Shown: one piece after another, positions 7,678 to 15,662 of the stretch
Layout: each line of letters opens with the position of its first letter
Position numbering within the stretch: the stretch's first letter is position 1
NCBI GenBank assembly: GCA_041640075.1
Contig: JBEQAY010000015.1
Coordinates: 1 to 23,352, forward strand
Length of the DNA stretch: 23,352 bases
Direction of reading: 5' to 3'
Origin: Candidatus Nanohaloarchaea archaeon
GTDB lineage: Archaea; Nanohalarchaeota; Nanosalinia; Nanosalinales; Nanosalinaceae
Made by a program: the position numbers and the translations under genes
The notes under the pieces: generated by a model
What the model was told of the DNA's origin: nothing
The model's input: only the letters and a program-made list of their open reading frames with translations
The model's database searches: none

Positions 7678-9303
7678 GTGAGTTCTGACGGAGAAAGAGA
7701 TGGCCCGGCATTCGGCCACGTATTCAACACAGGAGGAAGATCGGACTGGGAGGAAGAAGTACAGAAAGGTGAGATAAAAGATCTTGAAGACGTCAGAGAT
7801 AAGGAAAAAGGCCCAGGATCTCTCAAAGGTCTGATGGGTGGAGGAGATTCCTGGAAAACCCTGAAAGTCAAGTCGGGAACGCAGGGAGGAGCACCTTACG
7901 GTCTTGCGATAAATGCACCAGACAAGTTCGATGACGATCTGGATTACACTGTTGAAAAAGTCGAGGAGAGCGTTTATGTCTCGCCTCAGAGCCAGGTACA
8001 CAACCAGTTGATGCAGCAGAAGCAGAACGCTGAGCAAAGGGTTAAGGAGACCAAGAGAAATCTTTCAGAACTACTCAAGCAGAAGCACATGCTTGAACAC
8101 GATATAAGGAAGCTCAGGTCTCGTATAGAGGATATAAGAGAGGATAACGAGACCCGTATCAAGGCGGATTTTGTGGAGCTTGTGGATGGTGCTGGAGCCG
8201 CAGGAGGACAGGGTGGAGACAGAGCAGCACTGAAGTTTCTAAGAGATAATAATATCTATCCCTCGATAGTAGCTGATTTTAACGAGATGGATTCTCTTGA
8301 AGACCTGAAATCAGAGGAAGAAGGTGGGACGGGAAAGCTTGAACATCTGCCAGCTAACGTTAAAGCGGTTCTGAAGAAGAAGTACGCGATGTACGAGAAA
8401 TGGAAGGATCTGTACGGCAGTGAAGTTAAAAGAAAGCTAGATGAGCTGAAAGGTGAGTTGCAGGGGATTGAACGGGCTATAGAAGAAACTGAGGAGTACC
8501 TTGAGCCATACGTCCGGGATATGGAGATGATCAACAACAAGTCACAGTCAGAGCTTGCGGAGGATATGAGAAGACATATACAGCTGAGAGGTTACAGCTC
8601 TCTATTCACTACCAGGGAGTACATCATCTATCGTCCGCTGAAGAATACTGGAGAGGATGTAATCGTCACGGAGGACGAGGATGAGGCAACTCACTACAGA
8701 GTTGTCTACATTTTCATGGCGCATGCGAACCTTGCTGGAGGGGAGGAGCCATCTTCCCCACAGGGAGGTCCTGATGTCGTCAAAGTGTTCTGGTATCCGG
8801 CTATCGTCGACAAATTTGTCTTCGAAAGAATTTTCCGGGCAAGGATAGATGAGATGGAAGAAGATCTTACCCGCAAAATACAGGAATACACCGGTAAAAT
8901 AGATACTAAGAAAGGGAAGAAACTTTCAGATTCGAGAAGTGAGAAAGGAATGTCGGTGGCAGATTTGAGGGAGAAAATGGGTGAGAAACTGGATAGAAAC
9001 ATGGATCTGGAGGTTTCAGCCAAGATAAGAAGAGTTGAAGATGGACTAGATGATATAGATGATATTTTCTCCAGAAAGGAGATAGAGGCGATTGATGAAA
9101 TACTTGGAACAGCGCTCACTCCTGGCAAGGAAAAATCTGAAGAGTTCTATACAGGTATTACGGCTGATATGAAGAAGTTCACGGGTCAGGTCGATGATTA
9201 CTACATTGACTCCAGTGTACCGTACTATGACCTGACCAACGAGATGACGTTCAGGTATTACTACGACCTGAAGATCGGTCTTGGCCTGTTCACGATGAAA
9301 TGA
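7678..9303 (+). CDS. Uncharacterised coiled-coil protein with embedded XRE/MBF1-like HTH
   Basis: 541-aa acidic ORF with a GTG start, two long coiled coils and a beta-rich middle region. GKKLSDSRSEKGMSVADLREKMG...IRRVEDG...EAIDEILG resembles an HTH_3 domain. Confidence 0.8.
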   Translation: MSSDGERDGPAFGHVFNTGGRSDWEEEVQKGEIKDLEDVRDKEKGPGSLKGLMGGGDSWKTLKVKSGTQGGAPYGLAINAPDKFDDDLDYTVEKVEESVYVSPQSQVHNQLMQQKQNAEQRVKETKRNLSELLKQKHMLEHDIRKLRSRIEDIREDNETRIKADFVELVDGAGAAGGQGGDRAALKFLRDNNIYPSIVADFNEMDSLEDLKSEEEGGTGKLEHLPANVKAVLKKKYAMYEKWKDLYGSEVKRKLDELKGELQGIERAIEETEEYLEPYVRDMEMINNKSQSELAEDMRRHIQLRGYSSLFTTREYIIYRPLKNTGEDVIVTEDEDEATHYRVVYIFMAHANLAGGEEPSSPQGGPDVVKVFWYPAIVDKFVFERIFRARIDEMEEDLTRKIQEYTGKIDTKKGKKLSDSRSEKGMSVADLREKMGEKLDRNMDLEVSAKIRRVEDGLDDIDDIFSRKEIEAIDEILGTALTPGKEKSEEFYTGITADMKKFTGQVDDYYIDSSVPYYDLTNEMTFRYYYDLKIGLGLFTMK

Positions 9304-9313
9304 GGTGTGTTGA

Positions 9314-11884
9314 ATGTCCTTCTTGATCGACTACCTCGAAAAATTCACATCAGATGATGGTGAGGAAAACGGGAAAGGTTTCCCCGACATGAACTACGTT
9401 GTCGGAAATACCTCTGGTATGGACGTAGGTAATATCCCTACTGCGATCGGTCAGAGAATAGGGGATCAGGCACAGATAGGTGGAAGTGTTATGGAGGTTC
9501 AGATCTATAATCCAGGAACATTTTCCGTTGAGAGAGATGAAATAATAGATGGTATAAACCAGCTGGGGATCGACATATCCCTTCACAGTGACCCAAACTC
9601 AGGTTTTGCGTCTGCTTACAAGACCCGTGGTCAGCAGGCAACAGGGTACGAAGCTGTCCACAGTTACTTCACCAATTATCTCAATGAACTTGCGATTTTC
9701 AAGAAAGAGGTAGAGAACAGAAAGGGGGTTGATTTTGATATCACAAGAGTGAACCCTCATGCCTCTACCTCTCCACTCCCCGCTTTACAGGAACGGATGG
9801 CATCTGACGTTGGACTGGACCCCTTCGGTTATGAGATAAGTGAACTGGATAAAGATGACTGGGAGAGAAGGAGTGACGCAAAAAGAAATATTTTTGACAA
9901 TGAAGACTTCCTCAGAAGGTTTTACTATACCTTTGTCAAGAAACGGACGGTTGACCAGCTCTGGAGGCTTTTCCTCGGCCGTCAGGGAGTATTCACGAAC
10001 TACTCAGCCAAGTTCGACAGGATATTCAGGGATGCACAGAGAAAGGCCTGCGACAGATTCTACGATAGAGGTGTTGAAGAGTCAGAGGACGATGATGAAA
10101 GGCTGGAGACAAAGATTGCATTGGTATCCAGTGCCGGCAGAGCTGACGTAGGAGTACAGAGCGCATGGCTCAATCAGATTGAGGAAGAGCTCCCAGAAAC
10201 CTTTGAAGATGTTTATAGACCTAGTAGCGCGATGTCTCCAGAACCTGCAGAGCCTGAGGATATAGAGACGTTAAGTGATGTAAATGATATTCTCCCTCCG
10301 AATGTAAGAGTAACCAGGATCGCCAGTCTTGCAGAGGCTGTTTACAGGATTGAAAACGGCCAGTGGAGTGATAGAGGCATCGAGAAAATTTTACTGGAGG
10401 GCGATGAGTTGGAGGAATTCCAGAACGTTCTCTTGAAAGCTATTGAGGATCGCCTTGACAGGACCTGGGAGGGTCCGAACGGTGACAAGTTTTTGATCTC
10501 TGTCCAGGGTAAAATTCAGGCTCTTTCAAATCACCTGGATATTGAAGGTCAGAGGGTTTACGATCTGGCTCTTCAGCAGAAAGGCGAGGACTTTGAGTCT
10601 GATGGCGACAAGGAGTGGGAGATCGATGAGGCTGCTGAGGAAGTTATGGCCGGTAATGATGATTTCTTTGAATCTGGTGAGGAAGAGGAGCGCAACAGGT
10701 ACAGGGATATGCTGAAGACGTTGCTCGGTAACTTTGAGCAGATGCTCTGGATGGAGTCCAATCTTTTCTACTTTATTATGCCTGCGTGGATGCAGACCTC
10801 GAGCTACTCCTCTGAAAGGCATAAAGGCTGGGACGCACCTGAGTTCATCTGGCAGACCTTGATAGAGGATAAATGGGGTGACGAGTTCGATATAGATCTG
10901 AAGGAGCCGGAGAAGGCCGGAGGGTATTTTGACGCTCTCCAGAACGAGGAGTTCAGAATGGATGTAGCTGGTGCAGTCGGCGCATGCTATATATGGGGTC
11001 ATTACACTCAGAAACATTCTCAGTTTGAAATTTCTGGTGAAGAGAATGTTGAAGATGATAAGGAGTTCTGTACGTGGATGGAATGGATGAATAAATATGG
11101 TATCGGTGTCAATCTTGAGGCGATGCATGGCAGTCCACAGCAACCGCTGAAGGTCTGGCGTCCAAAGGATATTGTGGCATCCACACGGGCTATAAACATG
11201 ACTGCAAGGCGTGAACTGGACGAAATAAACCCGGAGCTGGATGAATGTATTGCAAAGTTCACGATTGATATGGAGCACGTTGCATCTTTCGGCGTGAATC
11301 CGTGGAAACAGATGCAGGAGCTGATCGAGCAGGAGAAAAACCTGTCAGACAGCTCATACGATGTCGTTGTTGATGAAGACAAACCTCTTGCAAAAATAAT
11401 GAGAAACTACCACCTGATGAAGCCGGGGCTCGAGTCACAGCAGGGAACTCGGCACGGACCCTTCGACAGAGGGGATAAAACACTTTACACCTGGCTTTAC
11501 CGACTGGTGGAAGCAGGCTTTGCACGTAACCCTGGCGAACTGGCTACCATAATGTATGAGCAAGGGGATGAAAAAGCTGAGACTACTTACATGGCCAGAA
11601 TTGCCATGGATCTGATCGAACTCGGTGTTGAACCCGATGAAGTAGATCCTGTGAACGTTTCAACTGAAGGCGACTATGATTCAAAGGAAGAGGCTTTGAT
11701 CGCCAAGTTCTTCGGAATAGATGAGTCAAGTACGGCTGCAGAGTGGGCGAAGATCGAGCAGCATGCCTTTGATCCTCTGGAAGGTTTGCTTGAGGCTGAA
11801 GAATTTGATTTCACCTATTCTGGCCGTGCAGCGACAGATTCTGGAACGAGGCCTGCACAATGGCAGAATGAAGAGTATCGCTGA
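9314..11884 (+). CDS. Giant xylose-isomerase-like / AP-endonuclease-2 family TIM-barrel metalloprotein with a large insertion
   Basis: Ordered motifs SLH91, VNPH149, NLE602, TID652xxH655, YH700L, RH714GP..G, YE749. SD GAGGTG overlaps the upstream stop codon. Confidence 0.75.
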   Translation: MSFLIDYLEKFTSDDGEENGKGFPDMNYVVGNTSGMDVGNIPTAIGQRIGDQAQIGGSVMEVQIYNPGTFSVERDEIIDGINQLGIDISLHSDPNSGFASAYKTRGQQATGYEAVHSYFTNYLNELAIFKKEVENRKGVDFDITRVNPHASTSPLPALQERMASDVGLDPFGYEISELDKDDWERRSDAKRNIFDNEDFLRRFYYTFVKKRTVDQLWRLFLGRQGVFTNYSAKFDRIFRDAQRKACDRFYDRGVEESEDDDERLETKIALVSSAGRADVGVQSAWLNQIEEELPETFEDVYRPSSAMSPEPAEPEDIETLSDVNDILPPNVRVTRIASLAEAVYRIENGQWSDRGIEKILLEGDELEEFQNVLLKAIEDRLDRTWEGPNGDKFLISVQGKIQALSNHLDIEGQRVYDLALQQKGEDFESDGDKEWEIDEAAEEVMAGNDDFFESGEEEERNRYRDMLKTLLGNFEQMLWMESNLFYFIMPAWMQTSSYSSERHKGWDAPEFIWQTLIEDKWGDEFDIDLKEPEKAGGYFDALQNEEFRMDVAGAVGACYIWGHYTQKHSQFEISGEENVEDDKEFCTWMEWMNKYGIGVNLEAMHGSPQQPLKVWRPKDIVASTRAINMTARRELDEINPELDECIAKFTIDMEHVASFGVNPWKQMQELIEQEKNLSDSSYDVVVDEDKPLAKIMRNYHLMKPGLESQQGTRHGPFDRGDKTLYTWLYRLVEAGFARNPGELATIMYEQGDEKAETTYMARIAMDLIELGVEPDEVDPVNVSTEGDYDSKEEALIAKFFGIDESSTAAEWAKIEQHAFDPLEGLLEAEEFDFTYSGRAATDSGTRPAQWQNEEYR

Positions 11885-11935
11885 GGAAAAATAGAACCAA
11901 TATTTTTTACTAACTGGTAACAAATATTGACAAGG

Positions 11936-11946
11936 TTTTTAAGTAT
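11936..11946 (+). promoter_or_regulatory. TATA box upstream of the nucleotidyltransferase gene
   Basis: TTTTTAAGTAT shares the TTTAAGTAT core with the 7648 promoter and is preceded by the dyad at 11898-11929. Confidence 0.5.
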
Positions 11947-11973
11947 CCGGTTTCTAGTGTTCAATGTGGTAGC

Positions 11974-13233
11974 ATGAGTTCCAAAGATAAAATGAAGGAG
12001 ATGCGTGAGAAGTCCCAGGAGAGACGTATGGAATCTGCTGAGGAGTTCTCCGAGAAGCTGAGGGAAAAACTAGGCGATAAGGTAAAGGTAGTCGCTGTAT
12101 GGGGAAGCGTTCCACAGGCAGAGCACAGCGTGGACAGTGATATCGACACTCTTGTTATCCTGGATGACACTAAACTGAAAGGAGATGTTCCTGAGGACGC
12201 GAAAAAGAAGATAAGGAAGAAAGTTACATCACTTGCAAATGATACTGACGAAAGAATCACTATCCAGTACTTCCCGTTCCTAACAGAGTTCTGGAACTCA
12301 CTAAGAAAAGGAGAACCACTGGCGATCGAGGCAGTGAGAAACGGAGAACCTGTATATGACGCAGGTATCTTCATGCCGGCAAAGAGACTGCTTGAAAGAG
12401 GGAAGATCTCCGGTACGCAGGAATCAGTGAAGAAGAGACTGAAGACAGCAGCAGCAGGATACAAGAAAGCAGAGAAAAACATGAAATCCTCGATCCCTCA
12501 CAAGCTTGAACAGGTCATGGCTAACGCAGGCCAGGCACCAATCATGCTCGTAGGGAAGGCTCCGCCAGGCAAAGAGAAAGTCCCTGGCGTACTTGAGGAT
12601 ATGTTCGTCGAAAAGGACATTCTAGAGGAAGAGTTCATCGAAATCGGTGAAGACCTGGTCGAGTTCGGAGACAAAGGAGAGAAGAATCCTGAAGAAGTCA
12701 CGGGAGAGATGGTCGATGAACACCTGGAGAAAGCAGACAAGTTCGTCAAACGGATGCACAAGCTTGTATCACAGCTAGGCTCCAGGAAAAAAGTAAAGGA
12801 CATAGTAGAGGACTACAAGAAGTTCCTCAAAGCTAACGTCGCTGCACTAAAGTCCAAAGGAGTCACGCCACCAGAAGATAAGGAAGATTTACCAGGTGCC
12901 GTAGAAGAGAACCTTGAAGTCGGCGAAGACCATATAGAAATGTTTGACAGATGGGAGGACGTTGTCTCAAAGGTCAAGGAGAAATCAATGGACGAGGTAG
13001 ACGAGAAAGAGCTCTACGACCTCAAAGAAGAGACAAGGGAATTTGTCTCCAGTGTCGGCAAGGACCTTCAGAAGGCGAAGCAGGAAGAAGCCCAGAAGAT
13101 GACGCCGAGCGTCGATCCTTCAGAGGCTGCGAAGAATGCTTCCGACGACGATATCATACCAAATCTTCAGAAGGAAGCTCAGAAACAGGTAAGTCAGGAA
13201 GGAGCAGAAGAGAAAGAGTCTGAGGAAAAATAG
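11974..13233 (+). CDS. Minimal nucleotidyltransferase (Pol-beta superfamily) fused to two HEPN-like helical domains
   Basis: VAVWGSV...DSDIDTLVILDD (GS plus DxD), followed by two similar helical repeats and a low-complexity acidic tail. Confidence 0.85.
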   Translation: MSSKDKMKEMREKSQERRMESAEEFSEKLREKLGDKVKVVAVWGSVPQAEHSVDSDIDTLVILDDTKLKGDVPEDAKKKIRKKVTSLANDTDERITIQYFPFLTEFWNSLRKGEPLAIEAVRNGEPVYDAGIFMPAKRLLERGKISGTQESVKKRLKTAAAGYKKAEKNMKSSIPHKLEQVMANAGQAPIMLVGKAPPGKEKVPGVLEDMFVEKDILEEEFIEIGEDLVEFGDKGEKNPEEVTGEMVDEHLEKADKFVKRMHKLVSQLGSRKKVKDIVEDYKKFLKANVAALKSKGVTPPEDKEDLPGAVEENLEVGEDHIEMFDRWEDVVSKVKEKSMDEVDEKELYDLKEETREFVSSVGKDLQKAKQEEAQKMTPSVDPSEAAKNASDDDIIPNLQKEAQKQVSQEGAEEKESEEK

Positions 13234-13338
13234 CTTCAGACTTCAAATTTCTTTTCAAAATTTTTTCTTCCTAAGAGCTTGTCTAAATTCCCAAATCTAA
13301 GCCAGTGGATGCCAAGGAAGCCTAATTGAGGGAGCTTT

Positions 13339-13527
13339 TTAATCTACTCTCTCGATTTTACCTTCTACTTCTGATTCATCTATAGACTCTATCTCCTGCC
13401 TTATCTCGGACTCTGATTTATTTACATCATGTCGATCAAGGTGCTGTTCAACGGAGTGGTAGACTTTATCCTCTTTCTCCCCGATGAAAACCTTGGAGCA
13501 GTGACCGCAACTGAAACCTGCTGGCAT
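13339..13527 (-). CDS. Small putative metal-binding protein (CxxC...HxxxH, DUF1059-like)
   Basis: FSCGHCSKVF...EQHLDRH. TTTAAA box begins 28 nt upstream of the ATG. Confidence 0.65.
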   Translation of the reverse strand: MPAGFSCGHCSKVFIGEKEDKVYHSVEQHLDRHDVNKSESEIRQEIESIDESEVEGKIERVD

Positions 13528-13561
13528 ACAGAAAATTACAATTTCCTGATTTAAATCAGGT

Positions 13562-13592
13562 AAGAAAAGAGCAGGCAGAAAGATCTACCTGC
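13562..13592 (-). terminator. Hairpin plus U-rich tract terminator after atpD
   Basis: Minus-strand RNA GCAGGUAGA-UCUU-UCUGCCUGC (9 bp, one U:G) followed by UCUUUUCUU, starting 3 nt after the stop. Confidence 0.65.
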
Positions 13593-13594
13593 CT

Positions 13595-14218
13595 TTACTC
13601 CTGCATCTCTTTGATCTTCTTCATCCTGAATGTTTCTTCTCTGGCATTTTCTTCCAGTGTCTGTGAAACATAGTCCTGTGCTTCTTTCATCTCAGGAATA
13701 GTCTTGTGTTCAAGTGCGTTGACCCGTCTTTTGGTCTTCTCAATCTCTTCCAGGAGCTTCAGAATCTTTGTCTGTGTCTCTGCTGCTTCAACGATTTTCT
13801 CCAGAAGTTTTTCATGTTTCTCAGAAGCTGAGTCAATCCTTGAAGTGGAGTCGGTCATTCCATACTCTCTTTCGAGTAAATGTCTCTGAACCTCAGTTGA
13901 TTCTATTTCAGGGACTACTACTCCCATGATGTTCTGCTGACTGGCTGAGATAGCCGGTTCAGCCTGGATGGTCATAGCACTGGATCGAATGATATCTTCT
14001 CCGTCATAGACCTTTGCCTTCTGCAGACTGGTCTTTGCATCGTTGTAGAGCTCTGCAAGTTCTTCATTGACGTCCCGTGCGTCTCCGATAACCTGCATGA
14101 ACTCGTGGATCAGGCCGTCTCTCTTTTTTTCTAGGATGTCGTGGCCGTTCTCCGCGAGCTCGATCTGCTCCTTCAGCCGGAGTTCTTCACTTCTTGTTGG
14201 TTTTACGTCTTGAGCCAT
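13595..14218 (-). CDS. atpD: A/V-type ATP synthase subunit D
   Basis: VKPTRSE...GHDILEKKRDGL; NIMGVVVP; IEKTKRRVNALE; SD GAGGTGA. Confidence 0.97.
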   Translation of the reverse strand: MAQDVKPTRSEELRLKEQIELAENGHDILEKKRDGLIHEFMQVIGDARDVNEELAELYNDAKTSLQKAKVYDGEDIIRSSAMTIQAEPAISASQQNIMGVVVPEIESTEVQRHLLEREYGMTDSTSRIDSASEKHEKLLEKIVEAAETQTKILKLLEEIEKTKRRVNALEHKTIPEMKEAQDYVSQTLEENAREETFRMKKIKEMQE

Positions 14219-14231
14219 TCAAAGATCACCT

Positions 14232-15614
14232 CTAATTCTCTTCCTGGTCAGGAAGATACTTTTCACGCATCTCCGGATCAATTCTTGTAAGCTCTTCTTC
14301 AGGTACGATGGAGAGTAGTTCCCATGCAAGGTCCAGGGATTCCTCGATGTCTCTATTCTTCTCCCATCCCTGGTTCACGAACTCTTCCTCGAACTTGTTC
14401 GTGAATTCGAGGATTTTCTCGTCTCTGTCGGATAATGCGTCTTCTCCAACGATAGATACCAGGTCTCGCAGATTTTCTCCTTCTGCATAGAGTGCGTAGA
14501 TCTGGTCGGATACATCTCCGTGGTCTTCACGTGTGTATCCCTCTCCGATCCCGTTGTCCTCCAGTCTTGAAAGACTTGGCAGGATGTCGATTGGAGGGTT
14601 GTATCCACGGCTGTCAAGGTCTCTATCGACAACGATCTGTCCCTCTGTAATGTATCCGGTAAGGTCTGGGATAGGGTGTGTGATATCATCTCCGACCATC
14701 GTCAGGATCGGGAGCTGTGTAACTGATCCCTCCTTTCCTTCAATCAGTCCTGCACGCTCGTAGATCTCTGCGAGATCCGTGTACATGTATCCCGGGTATC
14801 CTCTTCGTCCTGGTACTTCTTCTCTTGCTGCGGAAACCTCTCGCAGTGCGTTACAGTAGTTTGTCATGTCTGTCATGATCACAAGGACGTCCATACCTTT
14901 CTCGAACGCCAGGAACTCTGCAGTTGTCAATGCAAGTCTTGGAGTAATAATCCTTTCTGGCGCTGGATCACTAGCTTTATTCAGGAATACTACTGATCTT
15001 TCAAGCGCGCCTGTGTCTTCGAATTCTTCGATGAACTCCTGGGATTCCTCTTCTGTAATTCCCATTCCTGCGAAGACTACTGCGAAGTCTGTATCTTCTC
15101 CCTTAACATCTGCCTGTCTTGCAATCTGTTTTGCAAGTTCGTTATGCGGGAGCCCTGAACCTGAGAAGATAGGTAGCTTCTGTCCTTTGACCAGTGTGTT
15201 CGTAACGTCCATGGTGGATACACCGGTCTGGATGAAGTCCTCAGGTAGTTCTCGGGAGTAAGGATTGATTGCTTCTCCCTGGATATCTCTTTCTTCTTCA
15301 GGGATAACTTCCGGTCCGTCGTCAATAGGGTCTCCGGTTCCGTCAAGGATTCTTCCAAGCAGGTCCTCTGTGACCGGCATCTTGACGTTTTCATCAAGGA
15401 ATCTTACACGTGCATCCTGTCCGATTCCCTGAGTCTCCTCGTAGACCTGTACAACTACAACGTCTTTAGATGTCTCAAGGACTTCTCCTCTCTTGACATC
15501 TCCGTCAGGAGTCTCGATTTCAACGATATCTCCGTACGCTACGTTGTCGGTTTTCTCTACGAATACAAGCGGTCCTTTGATCTGATTAATTGTCTGATAT
15601 TCTTGTTGTGTCAT
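14232..15614 (-). CDS. atpB: A/V-type ATP synthase subunit B
   Basis: [59 protein letters not shown]. Confidence 0.98.
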   Translation of the reverse strand: MTQQEYQTINQIKGPLVFVEKTDNVAYGDIVEIETPDGDVKRGEVLETSKDVVVVQVYEETQGIGQDARVRFLDENVKMPVTEDLLGRILDGTGDPIDDGPEVIPEEERDIQGEAINPYSRELPEDFIQTGVSTMDVTNTLVKGQKLPIFSGSGLPHNELAKQIARQADVKGEDTDFAVVFAGMGITEEESQEFIEEFEDTGALERSVVFLNKASDPAPERIITPRLALTTAEFLAFEKGMDVLVIMTDMTNYCNALREVSAAREEVPGRRGYPGYMYTDLAEIYERAGLIEGKEGSVTQLPILTMVGDDITHPIPDLTGYITEGQIVVDRDLDSRGYNPPIDILPSLSRLEDNGIGEGYTREDHGDVSDQIYALYAEGENLRDLVSIVGEDALSDRDEKILEFTNKFEEEFVNQGWEKNRDIEESLDLAWELLSIVPEEELTRIDPEMREKYLPDQEEN

Positions 15615-15662
15615 TCGGTATCACCTTGTGTTGGCGAGTCAAGAAGATGTTTCATCTTCGGC

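Noticed and set aside
9790..11085. Intein as the explanation for the TIM-barrel insertion
   Set aside because: No C/S-start block, no His-Asn/C-S-T junction and no LAGLIDADG motifs were seen.
10526..11278. 250-aa antisense ORF and other shadow ORFs (e.g. 4568-5071, 11961-12482, 16651-17118, 22990-23271)
   Set aside because: They overlap well-supported genes or AT-rich spacer and have Ser/Phe/Leu-rich compositions typical of the antisense of acidic genes, unlike the acidic proteome.
11974..13233. Classical MNT-HEPN toxin-antitoxin, CBASS cyclase or CCA-adding enzyme
   Set aside because: It is a single fused gene with no HEPN RNase motif, no adjacent CBASS effector or Cap genes, and no recognisable archaeal CCA-enzyme domains.
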